A stretch of DNA of 64,000 bases from positions 310,001-374,000 of the forward strand of contig JBPGPT010000015.1 of the NCBI GenBank assembly GCA_051047955.1. The letters run 5' to 3'. Under the pieces are notes generated by a model. That model was not told where the DNA came from and did not search any database. It saw only the letters and a list, made by a program, of their open reading frames with translations. Every line of letters begins with the position of its first letter. Positions within the stretch are counted from its first letter, which is position 1. This DNA comes from Cystobasidiomycetes sp. EMM_F5. Taxonomy: Eukaryota. The translations under genes and the position numbers were made by a program. This document shows, piece by piece, positions 40,977 through 52,454 of the stretch.

Positions 40977-41393
40977 GATCTGAGCGTAGTTTATGCTGCG
41001 GCTACGGTAGAATGAGTAAAGTGCGAGGAGTGCACGATGTACGTGTGGTCATGCAGAGCTAGCGTCAGATATGTGTTTTGATGGCTACTGAACGGGCGCA
41101 GATCGATGCCAGCCCGGATTGGGAAAGCCTTTTGCGGTTCGTACAGCTTGACCAGCGCGCCGAGAACCGCTCAAGACCGTCGAGGGTTTCCACTTACCTA
41201 TGGAGTACTGGTCGGGTGCTGTCCCTTAGTTGTCTGCCGGGGGGGTTTGGTGGTCGAGTCCGTAAGGATTCAAAAGGCAAACGCCAGTCTCGACCGCAGT
41301 CAAGAATGGTATGCCCCGACTGAAGTGCAAAAAGAGGCTGTCTACAATACACGAATCAATACATAGGCTTCCTACGCACCAGTTTCCAATCCG

Positions 41394-41760
41394 ATGCCCT
41401 TGATTTCTACTCTTCCCTCCCCAGATGACCCCACTACTGACTTCACTCATCGAGAACTGACATACGCTTACGATCTCACCTTGGCGAGTCCAACAGGAGC
41501 TAGGGAGCAATCAGACTGTGCGCACTTAATGGAGATGCGGCGCTCAATCCGCTTTGCTGAATGGGCCGAGTCAAGTAACATGTACGCTGATTCCCCAATA
41601 AGTGCTACTCATGCTCACAATGACTATGTCGTTGGCAACACCACCCTCCGCACTCATACTACACCGCTACAGGCATGAAGCGTGGCCTTATGTGCAGAAC
41701 AGCGGCCGGAATTTTCCCGGTCTTCAACCGCACAAAATGGATACTCTGCTTGTTCAATAA
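41394..41760 (+). CDS. Hypothetical protein (uncertain)
   Basis: 94-aa ORF (MPLISTLPSPDDPTTDFTHRELTYAYDL...) and further short open frames; no family recognised. Confidence 0.2.
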
Positions 41761-42397
41761 ATGCAGAAAGCTTCCGAGTCTGCATCGACACCAATATATG
41801 CTCTGTGTCGCGGCACTTGGGAGGCTGACGAGTGCCGAACTGGTGCATTCTTCTGCACCAGACTCAGAGGAGCAAAGAAGCTGCAGGCAAACATCACTAA
41901 AGGCCTCGGTCTGTTCAAACGGAGAACATACGATAGATTGGGGCGGACATTGGGCTGAGGTGGCTGAGGTTCTGCAAGATAGTCTTTCCTGCATCACCTC
42001 GACTGCAGACTTTGTCTTCTTGAAAAAATCTCGCCGTCAAGCTATTCAATCAGTCTCGCTTTCAGGACAAGGAGATGGAGCAGTGTTCAATCAGACAGTT
42101 GTAAGGAGGAGTTGTTGTGGTCGTTACAGAGACACGTCCTGCGATCTGGATTCGTCATTGGCAACCCTTCTCAGCCACTGTGCAGATTCTTTCACACTCA
42201 GCGACCTTTCACTGGCATTCCGAGAGAAGACCGTCGCGAGCTCTGTTGTGCCAATCCTTCCTGCTATCGCCAGCCACTTTGAGAAAAAGATGACCGCGCT
42301 GAGCACGTGACCCGGTTTACCGTGTTCGAAGCTGGAGGGAACTGAGGGTTTTTGATTGTTGCGACACTGCCATACGCGACTACGACCACCGGCAAGC

Positions 42398-43496
42398 ATG
42401 TCAGCAGCCAAGCGACGCAAGCTGGATCAGGATGTCATGTCGAATGGCAGCGCTATCGGGGGAGGAGCCAGTCGAACTGGAGCTGGGAGAAGGGCCGCTG
42501 CCGCTGCCGCTCAACAAGTTACGGCAGGTCACATAGCAGATCTTGGAGGCTCAACTGGCATCAATAGAGGTGGGAGAAGTGCCAACGGTGCTGGCGCTGC
42601 TGCGATTCGCAATGGTGGATATGCGCCCGTCGTGAGTGCAGAGTAGTGACGTTGGGCGCGTTGGATACAGGCGAAACAGCTCAACCGACTATGTGAGATA
42701 GATGACTAACGCTCAGCTCTTATCCGCAGCTATCTCTTGCAACACTTCCGATATCCACGCTGTCCCGCTACTGCCTACATTACGGCTGCGTCCCACCCAC
42801 GCCGTTGACAATGGCCCAAGCAATACATCCAACTCCGCCATTACCGCTCGAGCTAGCTCTTGCAGGCTCAAACCAAGTCATTCCACGTCGCAGAGCCTCG
42901 CTGGTCCCTGACCGTAAGCCACGGGCTGCTGTGCGAAGTGGTGTCTCCAGCTCGACCATCAAATCCGGCAATCCGGCCGACGCCACTAAAAGTCAAGGCG
43001 CACAGGAGGGGCACGCGAGCAATAACGCGGTGGATGGCGTCAACAGCGGGCCGAAGCAACACTATCCTGCCGCAACAATGCAAGTGGATACTGCAAGCCG
43101 TGTACATCCCGATGAAGCAGTCGCTCAGTCCGGCTCTTCCAAGTCCAAGCTCAAGCGTAGCCGAAGTGCCTCGACGACATTCAGTGAACAAGCCCAGCGA
43201 GAACTTGACGGTAGTGAGACGAATTGGGGCAACGCCGGAGAACCCTTCGCAACGGACCTACAGGGAATGACAGCATGGTATGGCGGCGAGGAACAAGCGC
43301 GAGACCGATTAGCCAAAGCCGCTCAAGCGCACTGGGACAAGATTACTGTCGTAAAGGAAGCCGAGACTATTGTCAACTTTGCTTATCGTGTCAGGATGGG
43401 CAGTGAGTCGCATCCAGAGACCCAAAGCAGGCATCGTACTGAAGTATGTTCGTAACGTAAACAGGCAAAGTTTTACGCTCCGTACCGCCCATCTGA
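42398..43496 (+). CDS. SAP30-like Sin3-binding-domain protein
   Basis: NLS AKRRK; LATLPISTLSRYCLHY and C-terminal RLAKAAQAHWDKITVVKEAETIVNFAYRVR resemble the two parts of the SAP30 Sin3-binding domain. Confidence 0.7.
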
Positions 43497-43757
43497 AGGC
43501 GTGCTCCGTCTTCGACATTGCCCGTGCATCTAAAGATTGTGGTTCGCAAAGATAACATCTTTGCATCGATAGAATCTAGTTGTAATCTACATATTGGCAG
43601 CATGGCTTTTCGTAGTAGAAGCGACGTTCTAGCTGAGCGCATGTCACAGGCACTGTGGCTCGTCATGTTGTAAACTGTGCAAGCCACTCGTTTCCACCCT
43701 AATCGTGCCACAAACGGCTGCATTGTTTGCTTTTCGATAGCTGGACTGAGCGACAAC

Positions 43758-45325
43758 ATGACCATTCCAATCAAGTCACCTTCTGCAAGATTGACTACTG
43801 AACATCTTGCAATGCAGGAGGCTGCTTTGTCGTCCTCCTTGTCGAAAGCGAGTAGCAGTGCTGGGTCAAGCACGAACACCTCGCCGAGAGCGCCAGTTGC
43901 ACGGCTGCCTGAGGATTTCGATATCGTGGCCCACTATGCAGAGTTGTTACAGAGAGACAGCGTGAGTTGTCGGTCATTACTTGCATGGAGCAATCTGCTA
44001 ATAAATTGGTCACTTTACGCGTTCAGAATATCGCAATGCCTGTGGCAGCCATTGAATGCCTGTCGCAACTGATAGCGCGGTCGGAAGGTGTGTGAGAGTA
44101 CTTCAGAGCTGGCAAGGAGGGCTAGATATTAATCATTATTGCCATCACAGCTCAGACAATGTCCGAATTAATAGCAGAGCTCACTGCCGGGGCCGAATTA
44201 CTCCAAAGATCATCATTTAACCCTGTCGCACTCACCGCAGGAGTCGACCTACTCTTGCGCTTTGTCACTCTGCAGAGACCTTCAGGACATCAGCCGTTTT
44301 CTATGCACAAGCGCGATTTGGTCGTCCGTGCAAAAGAGTTTATATACGACAGCCATCGGTGCATAGACAAGATTGTAGATTACGCGTGTGGTCTCATCAA
44401 AGATGATGCAGTGGGTGACGGATCAGTGACAGCCCACAGCATGACTGATGAAGTTGGTTTTGCTCAGGTCGTTTTGACACACTCGCACTCTCGAGTAGTC
44501 GTACAGAGTCTGATACAAGCTGCCAAACAGCGTAAGCGCTTCCGAGTCTACGTCACAGAATCCCGACCGGTGTGTTTTTGCACGCTTTGACTGTCGCGAT
44601 CTGCTAAGCCTGTTCCCTGGCAGTTTGGGCTAGGCATAAAGACACATGCTGTCCTCACGCGAGCTGGCATACCCTGTCAGATTGTACTTGACTCTGCCGT
44701 CTCCTTCGTCATAAACAAAATCGATATGGTACTATTGGGAGCAGAAGCTTTGGCGGAAAACGGAGGGTCTGTGCAGGATGCAATGCTACTAGCAGTACAT
44801 TCTGACTTTGGTATATCGCCAGGCTGGTCAATTTTGTAGGCAGTTCACAGATGGCTCTGATAGCGAAAGCTGCGGAGAAACCTGTGTATGCATTGGCGGA
44901 AAGGTGCGCCTAACTTTCAAACATGCAAAGATTCCCATCTGACACTGTTCCAAGCTTCAAATTCCTGAGGATTTTGTGAGTGTCATTCGTATGGATTTAT
45001 AGCTCCTTGCTTATCATCTTCCATCAGCCCTCTCGACCAATACGATCTCCCAGTGTCTGTCCCTGTCCTGCGATTCGAGTCTGGCGCAAGCGAGACGGCC
45101 CGCGATGTTGAGCGACCTAAGGAGATCATCATTCCGCCCACTCCGTCACGCCCGCTTGTAGATTCCCCAACACCGGAGGCGCTGCAGATGACGCCTGAAC
45201 AGATACAAAATAACCCGCTTGTCGACTACACGACACCGGATCTTGTCACGCTTGTCATCAGCGACGTGGGCATCTTGACGCCTGCAGGAGTGAGCGATAC
45301 GCTGCTCCGCATATACAGTGGGTAG
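43758..45325 (+). CDS. GCN3: eIF2B alpha subunit
   Basis: FDIVAHY, MPVAAIECL, VLTHSHSRVV, FRVYVTESRP, LDSAVSFVI, GAEALAENGG, PVYALAESFKFLR.FPLDQYDL, VDYTTPDLV...SDVGILTPAGVS. Confidence 0.95.
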
Positions 45326-45397
45326 CAATTTGCTGAGCGCAATTGTTCCGTGCTATAATTGTTGTTGTCCTTGATTATCGTTCCGCGTCGAGGAGCT

Positions 45398-46030
45398 TTA
45401 TGACCTCGGTTTTCCGCGGGAATTGCTGCTTCTGCTGACTCCCCCTCGGCCACTGCTGGCGCCTCTGCCACCTCTGCTACTGCCACCGCCCCGACTACTT
45501 GCGCCTCGTCCGCGTATCCTGCTTGAAGATTTGCCTCGGTCGGATGAGGTCGATGCTAGGCTTGCGCTGCCTCGTCCGCGCGATGCAGTTCTAATGGCTT
45601 TCCGCACGTTGACTGTCCCACTCTCTGGGTCCGTACCCTGTCGGATCTTGTCAACCTTGACGGCATTGTCTAGACTGCCCAGGATGGCCAAAGCTCGCTC
45701 TTTTTCGGTAGTGGCATCGACTTCGTTTTGTTCAAATTGCCTGCGCTTGCCTTTCTGACGCTCGGACTCTCCCTTCAACGTGGTGTCGTACTTGCCCAAA
45801 GACGCCGTAGAAGTTTTCGTCACGAACAATTGTCGTTGCAACTCGACAAGTTTTGCGGACCGGGGAAGCGCTTCAATCCCTTCGTGGCTCGTAGGATGGA
45901 CAGATACGGGGGCAGGGACAGCAGGACCAGGACTAGATTTTGGCTTAGACTTCTTCTTGACGGGCGTGAGAGCAGTTTTGGTTTTGGTCTTTGTTGCAGC
46001 CTTATTTTGCTTGGCCGAATGACGCGCCAT
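45398..46030 (-). CDS. Stand-alone protein matching the C-terminal region of long-form Rrs1 (K-rich N-terminus, RGG tail)
   Basis: Intronless 210-aa ORF; ELQRQLFVTKTSTASLGKYDTTLKGESERQKGKRRQFEQNEVDATTEKERALAIL...VNVRKAIR aligns with the C-terminal STAS.G...GKKRKF...EK...L.LL region of human RRS1 (from memory). Confidence 0.8.
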   Translation of the reverse strand: MARHSAKQNKAATKTKTKTALTPVKKKSKPKSSPGPAVPAPVSVHPTSHEGIEALPRSAKLVELQRQLFVTKTSTASLGKYDTTLKGESERQKGKRRQFEQNEVDATTEKERALAILGSLDNAVKVDKIRQGTDPESGTVNVRKAIRTASRGRGSASLASTSSDRGKSSSRIRGRGASSRGGGSSRGGRGASSGRGGVSRSSNSRGKPRS

Positions 46031-46479
46031 TGTGAACAGTGTCGTGTGAGAGCGTGACTCTGCTTCAGTAGAGAACGATTGCAGGCTGTTCGATGTTGCT
46101 GCTGAATCAGTGCTGATCTACTCTGCAACTAGCATCCAAGCAGGCAGAGCTCTCAGGTAACTTTTCTACTAAGACGGACGGATTCGAGATATGGATGACA
46201 CGGCAGACGTTAGCCCACACCTATAGCGATACTGCCTCGTACTGGTCGTGTGTGGGCGAGAACGTATGGGATAATTCGCCTTCCCCAATCTGTTGTCGAC
46301 GAACTCTCCAACGACCTCTTCAGTGTTGCCGAGGTCGCATATTGTTGTCTGATGGCAAGCGTATGCTTTCTTAACCTACAGCACTTATCCCCGGTGATCT
46401 ACACTATTGCCCTGTCAGACTGTACCACCACTAATTACATCTAACTGATATACAGACGGCCACTTTCGCACCATGGTAC

Positions 46480-49116
46480 TTAACGAGGGCTTTGTGGAAG
46501 ATACGCAATGTTCGCATTCTCATCGATGTCGGCTGACTTTGCAAAGTCGGAAGTCTTGTGCTGTAACTTCTCCCTGCCCTCCGAGACTTCCGTATGATCC
46601 TCACTGGCAGCAGCACTAGGCAGTCGGAGCTCCTTCCGCTTGCGGTACACCTTTAGAAAGTATAATGTCTCAAGCGCTCGTGTCAGCAAAGGCGTGTCGT
46701 ACGAATTATCACCAGTTGCTCACCACGTCAACAATATTTACGGTCAGAAGAGAAGCGAAAACCACGGCAACCAGCCACCATTCTCCAATTAACGCGTATA
46801 TGTACGCATATCCGCCTTCGACTTCGCCAAAAAGCTCTTGAATATTCGGGGGTGGGCCAATACTAAGGTAATTGAAAGGCTGAGCCGGCTCAAGGCGCAC
46901 ACAGATAAAGAGACTGACTTTAGACATGTCATCGCAAGCAATCCCACACCCAGAAGGATACGCCAGTAAACGGACAATTTTCGCCAGATTGCTGTAACAC
47001 GTAGTGATATAAGCTAACGGCAATAAAAGCAGCAAGAGTAACTCACTATCAATATTGCGTTGTAGTAAGGTAAGTGCGGCCAGAGTAATGAGGAAGGCGC
47101 CGAGATCAGTAAAAATGTACATGCAAGAACCAAATACTGGCTCGAAGAGCGTCAAAATCGCTCGTCCATATAGCTCCGTAATCGTGACGTTGTCAATGCC
47201 ACTTCCGTTGACTCCATCGGCCAGATCCCACAATCCTCTGTCCATCGCATCGTAGAAAGCAGTCTGTGCGACATCACGTAAATTTCCAGTGAAACAACTT
47301 TTGAAGATACTGACAGTGGGAGGGAAGCCGTAGCTGTTTGAGATGAAGGACGTCATGCTTAAGAGTTCTGCGCCATATAACACCAGCCAATTGGTCACAT
47401 TGTCGCCAGACAAGGATGTCACAGTGGCAATTCGACCTAGCCGGCCATTCAATAACGACACTCAGTCTTGGCGAGTTTCATGTCCAAGGCGCGAAGCCAC
47501 GCACCGCGATAGTTGAGACCCAGCGTCCCCGCGATACTAATCATTTCATCCGATGTGAAAGCGTTGGTGAGTTGTTCTATCGTCGGCGGCGGTGTTTCCG
47601 GCAAGGTTGAGCCCGCAAGTTCCGACAATCTTGTGACCTCGAAGGTTAGACGCGACAAGCCAACCTCCATGGCAACACCTTGTATCGACTTCGCTATGGA
47701 CCGTGTGACGAGCAGAAGAGCGACGTGTAGTGCTACAACTACACTTTCAGAGCGAAAAGCCAATGCACGATCAACGATAGCTTACGAAAATGGAGTAATG
47801 CCCACAAGACGTGAACTTTTGGACCTCCGCGGAGGTGATGACTTTGATGACTGAAATAAAGATCTGTTCATTGCACCTCAGATGTTACATCGCTACCGAG
47901 GGGTTGTAATACGTACAATACAAACATCGGAAGATGCCGACACTGAACAGCAGAGCCGTAAGAATAGGACCATCGGCGATGCCGGCCGCGACTCCGCCGA
48001 GAAAGACCTGCAGCGGGAAGACGAAATTGTCAGTATCAGCATGACCCTGGATTGCCGTAAAAAGAAGAAAACCTTGAAGGATTCAAACAAGCCAATAACT
48101 GCAGCGGCACCACTCAGTTACGTTTCACTCGGTAATACGAGAGCCGCCTACTTCCTTCGCCCAACACAATCAAGGTGAGCGCATTGAACCTTTCGCAGAA
48201 GTATTCCAACTCGAAATGCGGGCCGCCATCCATAGTGACCGATAGATATGTAAAGAACCATTCGGCAGCAATTCCCACTGTCCACAAGCTGATTCGTGCA
48301 ATTGCTGAGGCTTTGTTGTGACCAAACGAGGTGCCAAGAGCTCCAAACCAGCATACTGCGCTAATAGCGATACCCAGCATGTTGAAAGCGATAGCTCGAA
48401 GGGGCTGCCGCGCTCGATAGGCGAAGACCAGTGGTATGAGATATTGTACCAAAAGCAAACCCCGTGAGGCCGCAAATATGCCAGAGACGGCACGAACGGC
48501 GCGCTCAATATCTGCCGGGTGATCTGGTTCTTGCATTGTCACGCGAGAGACGAGCTGGGGCACGAGATCTTCGGTCTCCGCCTCGTGTGGAGATATGCCG
48601 TACTGTGCTTGAAAGTTGCCAGCGACCGCTGCCAGATACTGAACGCCATGAGGCAGTCAGCCAATGTTTCCCGACGCGAAAGGCTCTAGCCGACTCACAG
48701 CAAACGTCAGCATGGAAATGGTATTGAAGACCGACCCGAGTCCGTCTCTAGCGCCCCACCGACTCGCATAGAATGACTGCGAGGCGAAGACTGACCAAAT
48801 CACCGCCACATACATGATATAGCTTCCGATAGTTGCGCCGTTACTGAGCTGAGTCTCTTTGCTGAAGACGGTGAGGGCGGCGACGAGACTGAGGTCAGTA
48901 AACAGTTCGACGTATGTGACGTGTATATCCTTTCGCTTGAGATGACCGTCTTCTTCTTGGATACCGCCGCCCGCATAGGGGTTCTTTATGAAATGTTTAC
49001 CAGTGTCATGCTTGCTGTTGCTCGTAAACCAGGCTCGGAAGACGCCCCAGCTGCACAGGATGGTAGTCAGCACTTTCCATGCGGAAAGAAAGCTGATGCT
49101 CTCACAAGCTTGACAT
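46480..49116 (-). CDS. LtrA (low temperature requirement A)-family multi-pass membrane protein, copy 1
   Basis: VTYVELFTDLSLVAAL, IWSVFASQSFYASRWG, ASRGLLLVQY, ERFNALTLIVLGEG; many introns. Confidence 0.85.
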
Positions 49117-49649
49117 GTTTGCAATCAGTCAGACTTGCAGGAACCAGACATGAACCTGGCCCAAACCCAGGCTAGAAGTAGAGGGCCGTCAAGGACAGAT
49201 CAGAATCCAACAGCGGCGCTTCAATGTGGTCATGAAGGCGTCTCTCAGCACGATTGTTCGCTTCCCAAACAAGCAGAAGCCAATTCGCGAGCGGGGTTGA
49301 AGATTGATCGAGTCCGGAACGAGACTGAAACAACAGACACGACTGCGCAGGTTGGGCTGGAGAATCGAGAGGCCTAGCGACTCACAGGCTGCATGTTCTC
49401 GTCAGATGCACATACGAGACAGCGAGTGATACATTTGCAGTGTTTGCTTTACATTCTGCAATATAATCTCCACGATACCGAATATATCGGCACGTGCTAC
49501 ATGGATGTCGGCCGAATCTCCAGCTAGCTATTTTACGATAGTCTTCAGCTTACAGAGGTGTCGCAACTCGGTCGCAGTATGTTTCCTCGAATACCGCCAT
49601 TGTAGGTCTGACGCTCGCCTGTCAAGCTTTCTAAAAGATTATTGATGGT

Positions 49650-52397
49650 CTGGCCTTGAAACGCCGAGCAGTCTGCGATTCTTGAAACGCTTTTTTCGAA
49701 ACAGGACATCGCCGCCGTTGGTCGCGAATCCGTACAGTGCCGGCGGACTGCAGGAAGTCGACGGGCACCTCATCCGGAAGAACCGTAGAGTGACATTTAT
49801 CGAGTGCGTCAAGTTTCGAGCTCGGTCGCAATTGACCACCACACGGCAAAGACAGAGGCGGGCGTCCAGCCTGACGCCTGTCGCGCAGTTATTCAAGATT
49901 CTGACTGATACTGTTCCTATCCGCAGACTCTTTTACGACCTTTTCCTGGTTGCCGCTCTTAACCTCTTTACACGTGAAAGCAACCTGACAAACGGGGCAA
50001 ACATCTCATCCTACATTGTCTACTTTGCCGTCTTGTGGTCGATTTGGGTCGGACAAGCCTTCTACGATGTGCGGTTCGGTGCTTCTGATGGCACTTCGTG
50101 GATATATGGATTCGTGCAGCTATTGACGTATGCGGTGAGTACTCTCTTACAACGTGCAGTCTTGGCACGTCTTGCGTGCTGAAGTCAGGAGTAGTTCTTG
50201 TCAGCAGTTGCTGGCAGCTTCAACATCACGTATCGTATGTTTGACCACGTTGATCCCAATGCGAATGCTCCACAAGTGAGTCATCGGAATACTTCGGCGT
50301 GTGTGTGCAAGCTCGCCTGACAAGCTCCGCAGATAGTGCAGAGGGTGTCGGGAGGAGAGGCCACAGATGCCGAGATTTTACGCTCTCTCGAGTGCGCCTC
50401 CGGGATCTATGCGGCATCCCGTCTAGTGCTTCTCATTCAATATACTCCAATGCTACGCTTCGCACGCTCCGCAAACCGTAGCCTCAAACCCATTCTATAT
50501 ACACAACTCGGTATCGCCTTCAATATGTTATGCGCAGTGATCGCACTCGGCATCTACTTTAGAGACACTCCAGCGTCTTCAATTGCTGCCCTGACTATAT
50601 GGCTGTTAGGTATCGTCGTCGAAAGCTTGGCCAACCTAGTGTCCGCTGCGTCCTCACAAACAATATATTGGGATCTCGAAAATTACTGGTGTGAGAGGTT
50701 TGCTGCACTGACACTCATTGTCGTGGGAGAGGGCGGTACGTTGACTCAAATCGTATGATCGGTAGCTGCTGATATGTACCTTCCTGTATATTGCAGTCAT
50801 CGGCCTTTTTGAGGAAGTGAGTACGCGCTCACAACAGACATAGTCAGTTGATATTGATACGAAACGTCTCTAGTTCCGTTCCTTCCTCAGCGGAGTGACC
50901 GTAGGCTACGGTGCCGGGGACATAGCAGGCTCAGCTTTCAGCGCTGTCGGCATATTTCGGATTATATACTGTGAGTATGGTGATGATGGCTCAGCGGTTC
51001 ATACTGAAACGTATCCGTCAAGATCTGTATTTCAGCTACCATTCGCATCATCTGAAAGGTGTGTGTATGCCTTACGTGTTTTGGTCCAGTATTTACTTGC
51101 ATTCTAGGCGGCCCCGTTGCTCACCTCGTCTGGGGCTATATCCATTTTCCGCTACATCTTTCTCTGCTTCTGCTGACACAGTGTATAGCAAAGGCAATCG
51201 CTGCTGGCAACGTCCTGTTTGGCCTGGCCCGCTACGTCACAATAGCAGAAGCACTTTACACGACCGTACAGCCTCTATCAGGATCGAATACCGTGTCCGA
51301 ATGGCTTTCAGCTGTATCCACCGGCGACACAGCGGAAGCGATGAATGACTTTACCGAGGCGCTGGGAGTCAACTATACGAGTAAGCGGACCTTCGAGCGT
51401 TATGGTGCTACACATACGTTGCTGAACTTACCTCAACCGCTTGGTCTGCGTCTGCAGGTATAGTAAATTCATACGCGGAATTGTCGCAAAACAGCACCAA
51501 CACTTTTGCAAGATTATGGGGAGCAAGTCTGTACTCTATATTGGCTCGCATATTTTCACTTTACGGCTTTGACCCGAGCACAGAATCGTATAATTATATC
51601 GATGCTCAGCTGGCAGTTCGAGACGATCCGAATTATTACGAAGCTTTCCTACAAGATACAGATGACTTGATTCAGGTGAGGCAACATCTAGTATGATCGC
51701 GCTATTGCACGCTGAGTCATGCCCTTGAAGCCTGTTATGAAATCTTGCATGTATGCATTCACAGTGGCCGGAAGTTTTTGCGTTTGTCTGTGTGCCCTAG
51801 GTGCCATGCAGAAGAACATGAATGGTACTTTCAGAGCCTGTATAGCCTTACACACGGCGTAGTTTTGACATCTCGGTCTTATAGATCGCTACCACAAGAT
51901 AGCTTATATCTGGCGAGGCATTGTTGGAGTATCCTGCCTGGCTTTGACCTGCCTGGAGTGAGTGTTCCCTCGGCGCTGATCATTCATAGATGCTAAATAT
52001 TCTTGTTCAGCATTGGACCAAACGCATCCGTGCAATATCTACAAGGCTTTACAAACGACATAGCCCCGATTTATGCCCTGATTATCAATGTTTTCTTGGT
52101 CCCGGCTCTGTTTTTGGTACTCCAAGTTACCTCGATGCTGGATATTGTGAGTGCTGCCTGTGGAAAGTCGTCTGTCGTCTGTGCTTGCTGACCTATGCGA
52201 GATCAATGCAGGTCCTGCATCTACATCGTGCGTATATCAGAGATGGGCAAGCGACGTCAGAGAAGCAAGGAGATCATCTCGAAAAGAATTCACAACATGA
52301 TACTCGCAATGCCGGAAGATCTTCAGCGAGCTTAGCTGATTCGTCTGCCGACACGGATGAACTGTCTATTGCGGACACGAACGCTGATGAACATTAG
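49650..52397 (+). CDS. LtrA-family multi-pass membrane protein, copy 2
   Basis: VTFIE/LFYDLFLVAAL, LWSIWVGQAFYDVRFG, ASRLVLLIQY, ERFAALTLIVVGEG, WGYIHFPLHLSL; start codon not resolved. Confidence 0.85.
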
Positions 52398-52454
52398 CAC
52401 ATCCGTCACTCGGAACAAATGTAGCATAGCGTATTGTTTACAGCGGTCGGGGAC

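Noticed and set aside
41192..41199. ACTTACCT resembling the U1 snRNA 5' end
   Set aside because: No U1 loop I, loop II (ATTGCAC) or Sm site downstream on the same strand.
43602..43673. Possible uORF upstream of GCN3
   Set aside because: Probably lies in the previous gene's 3' region or promoter; TSS unknown.
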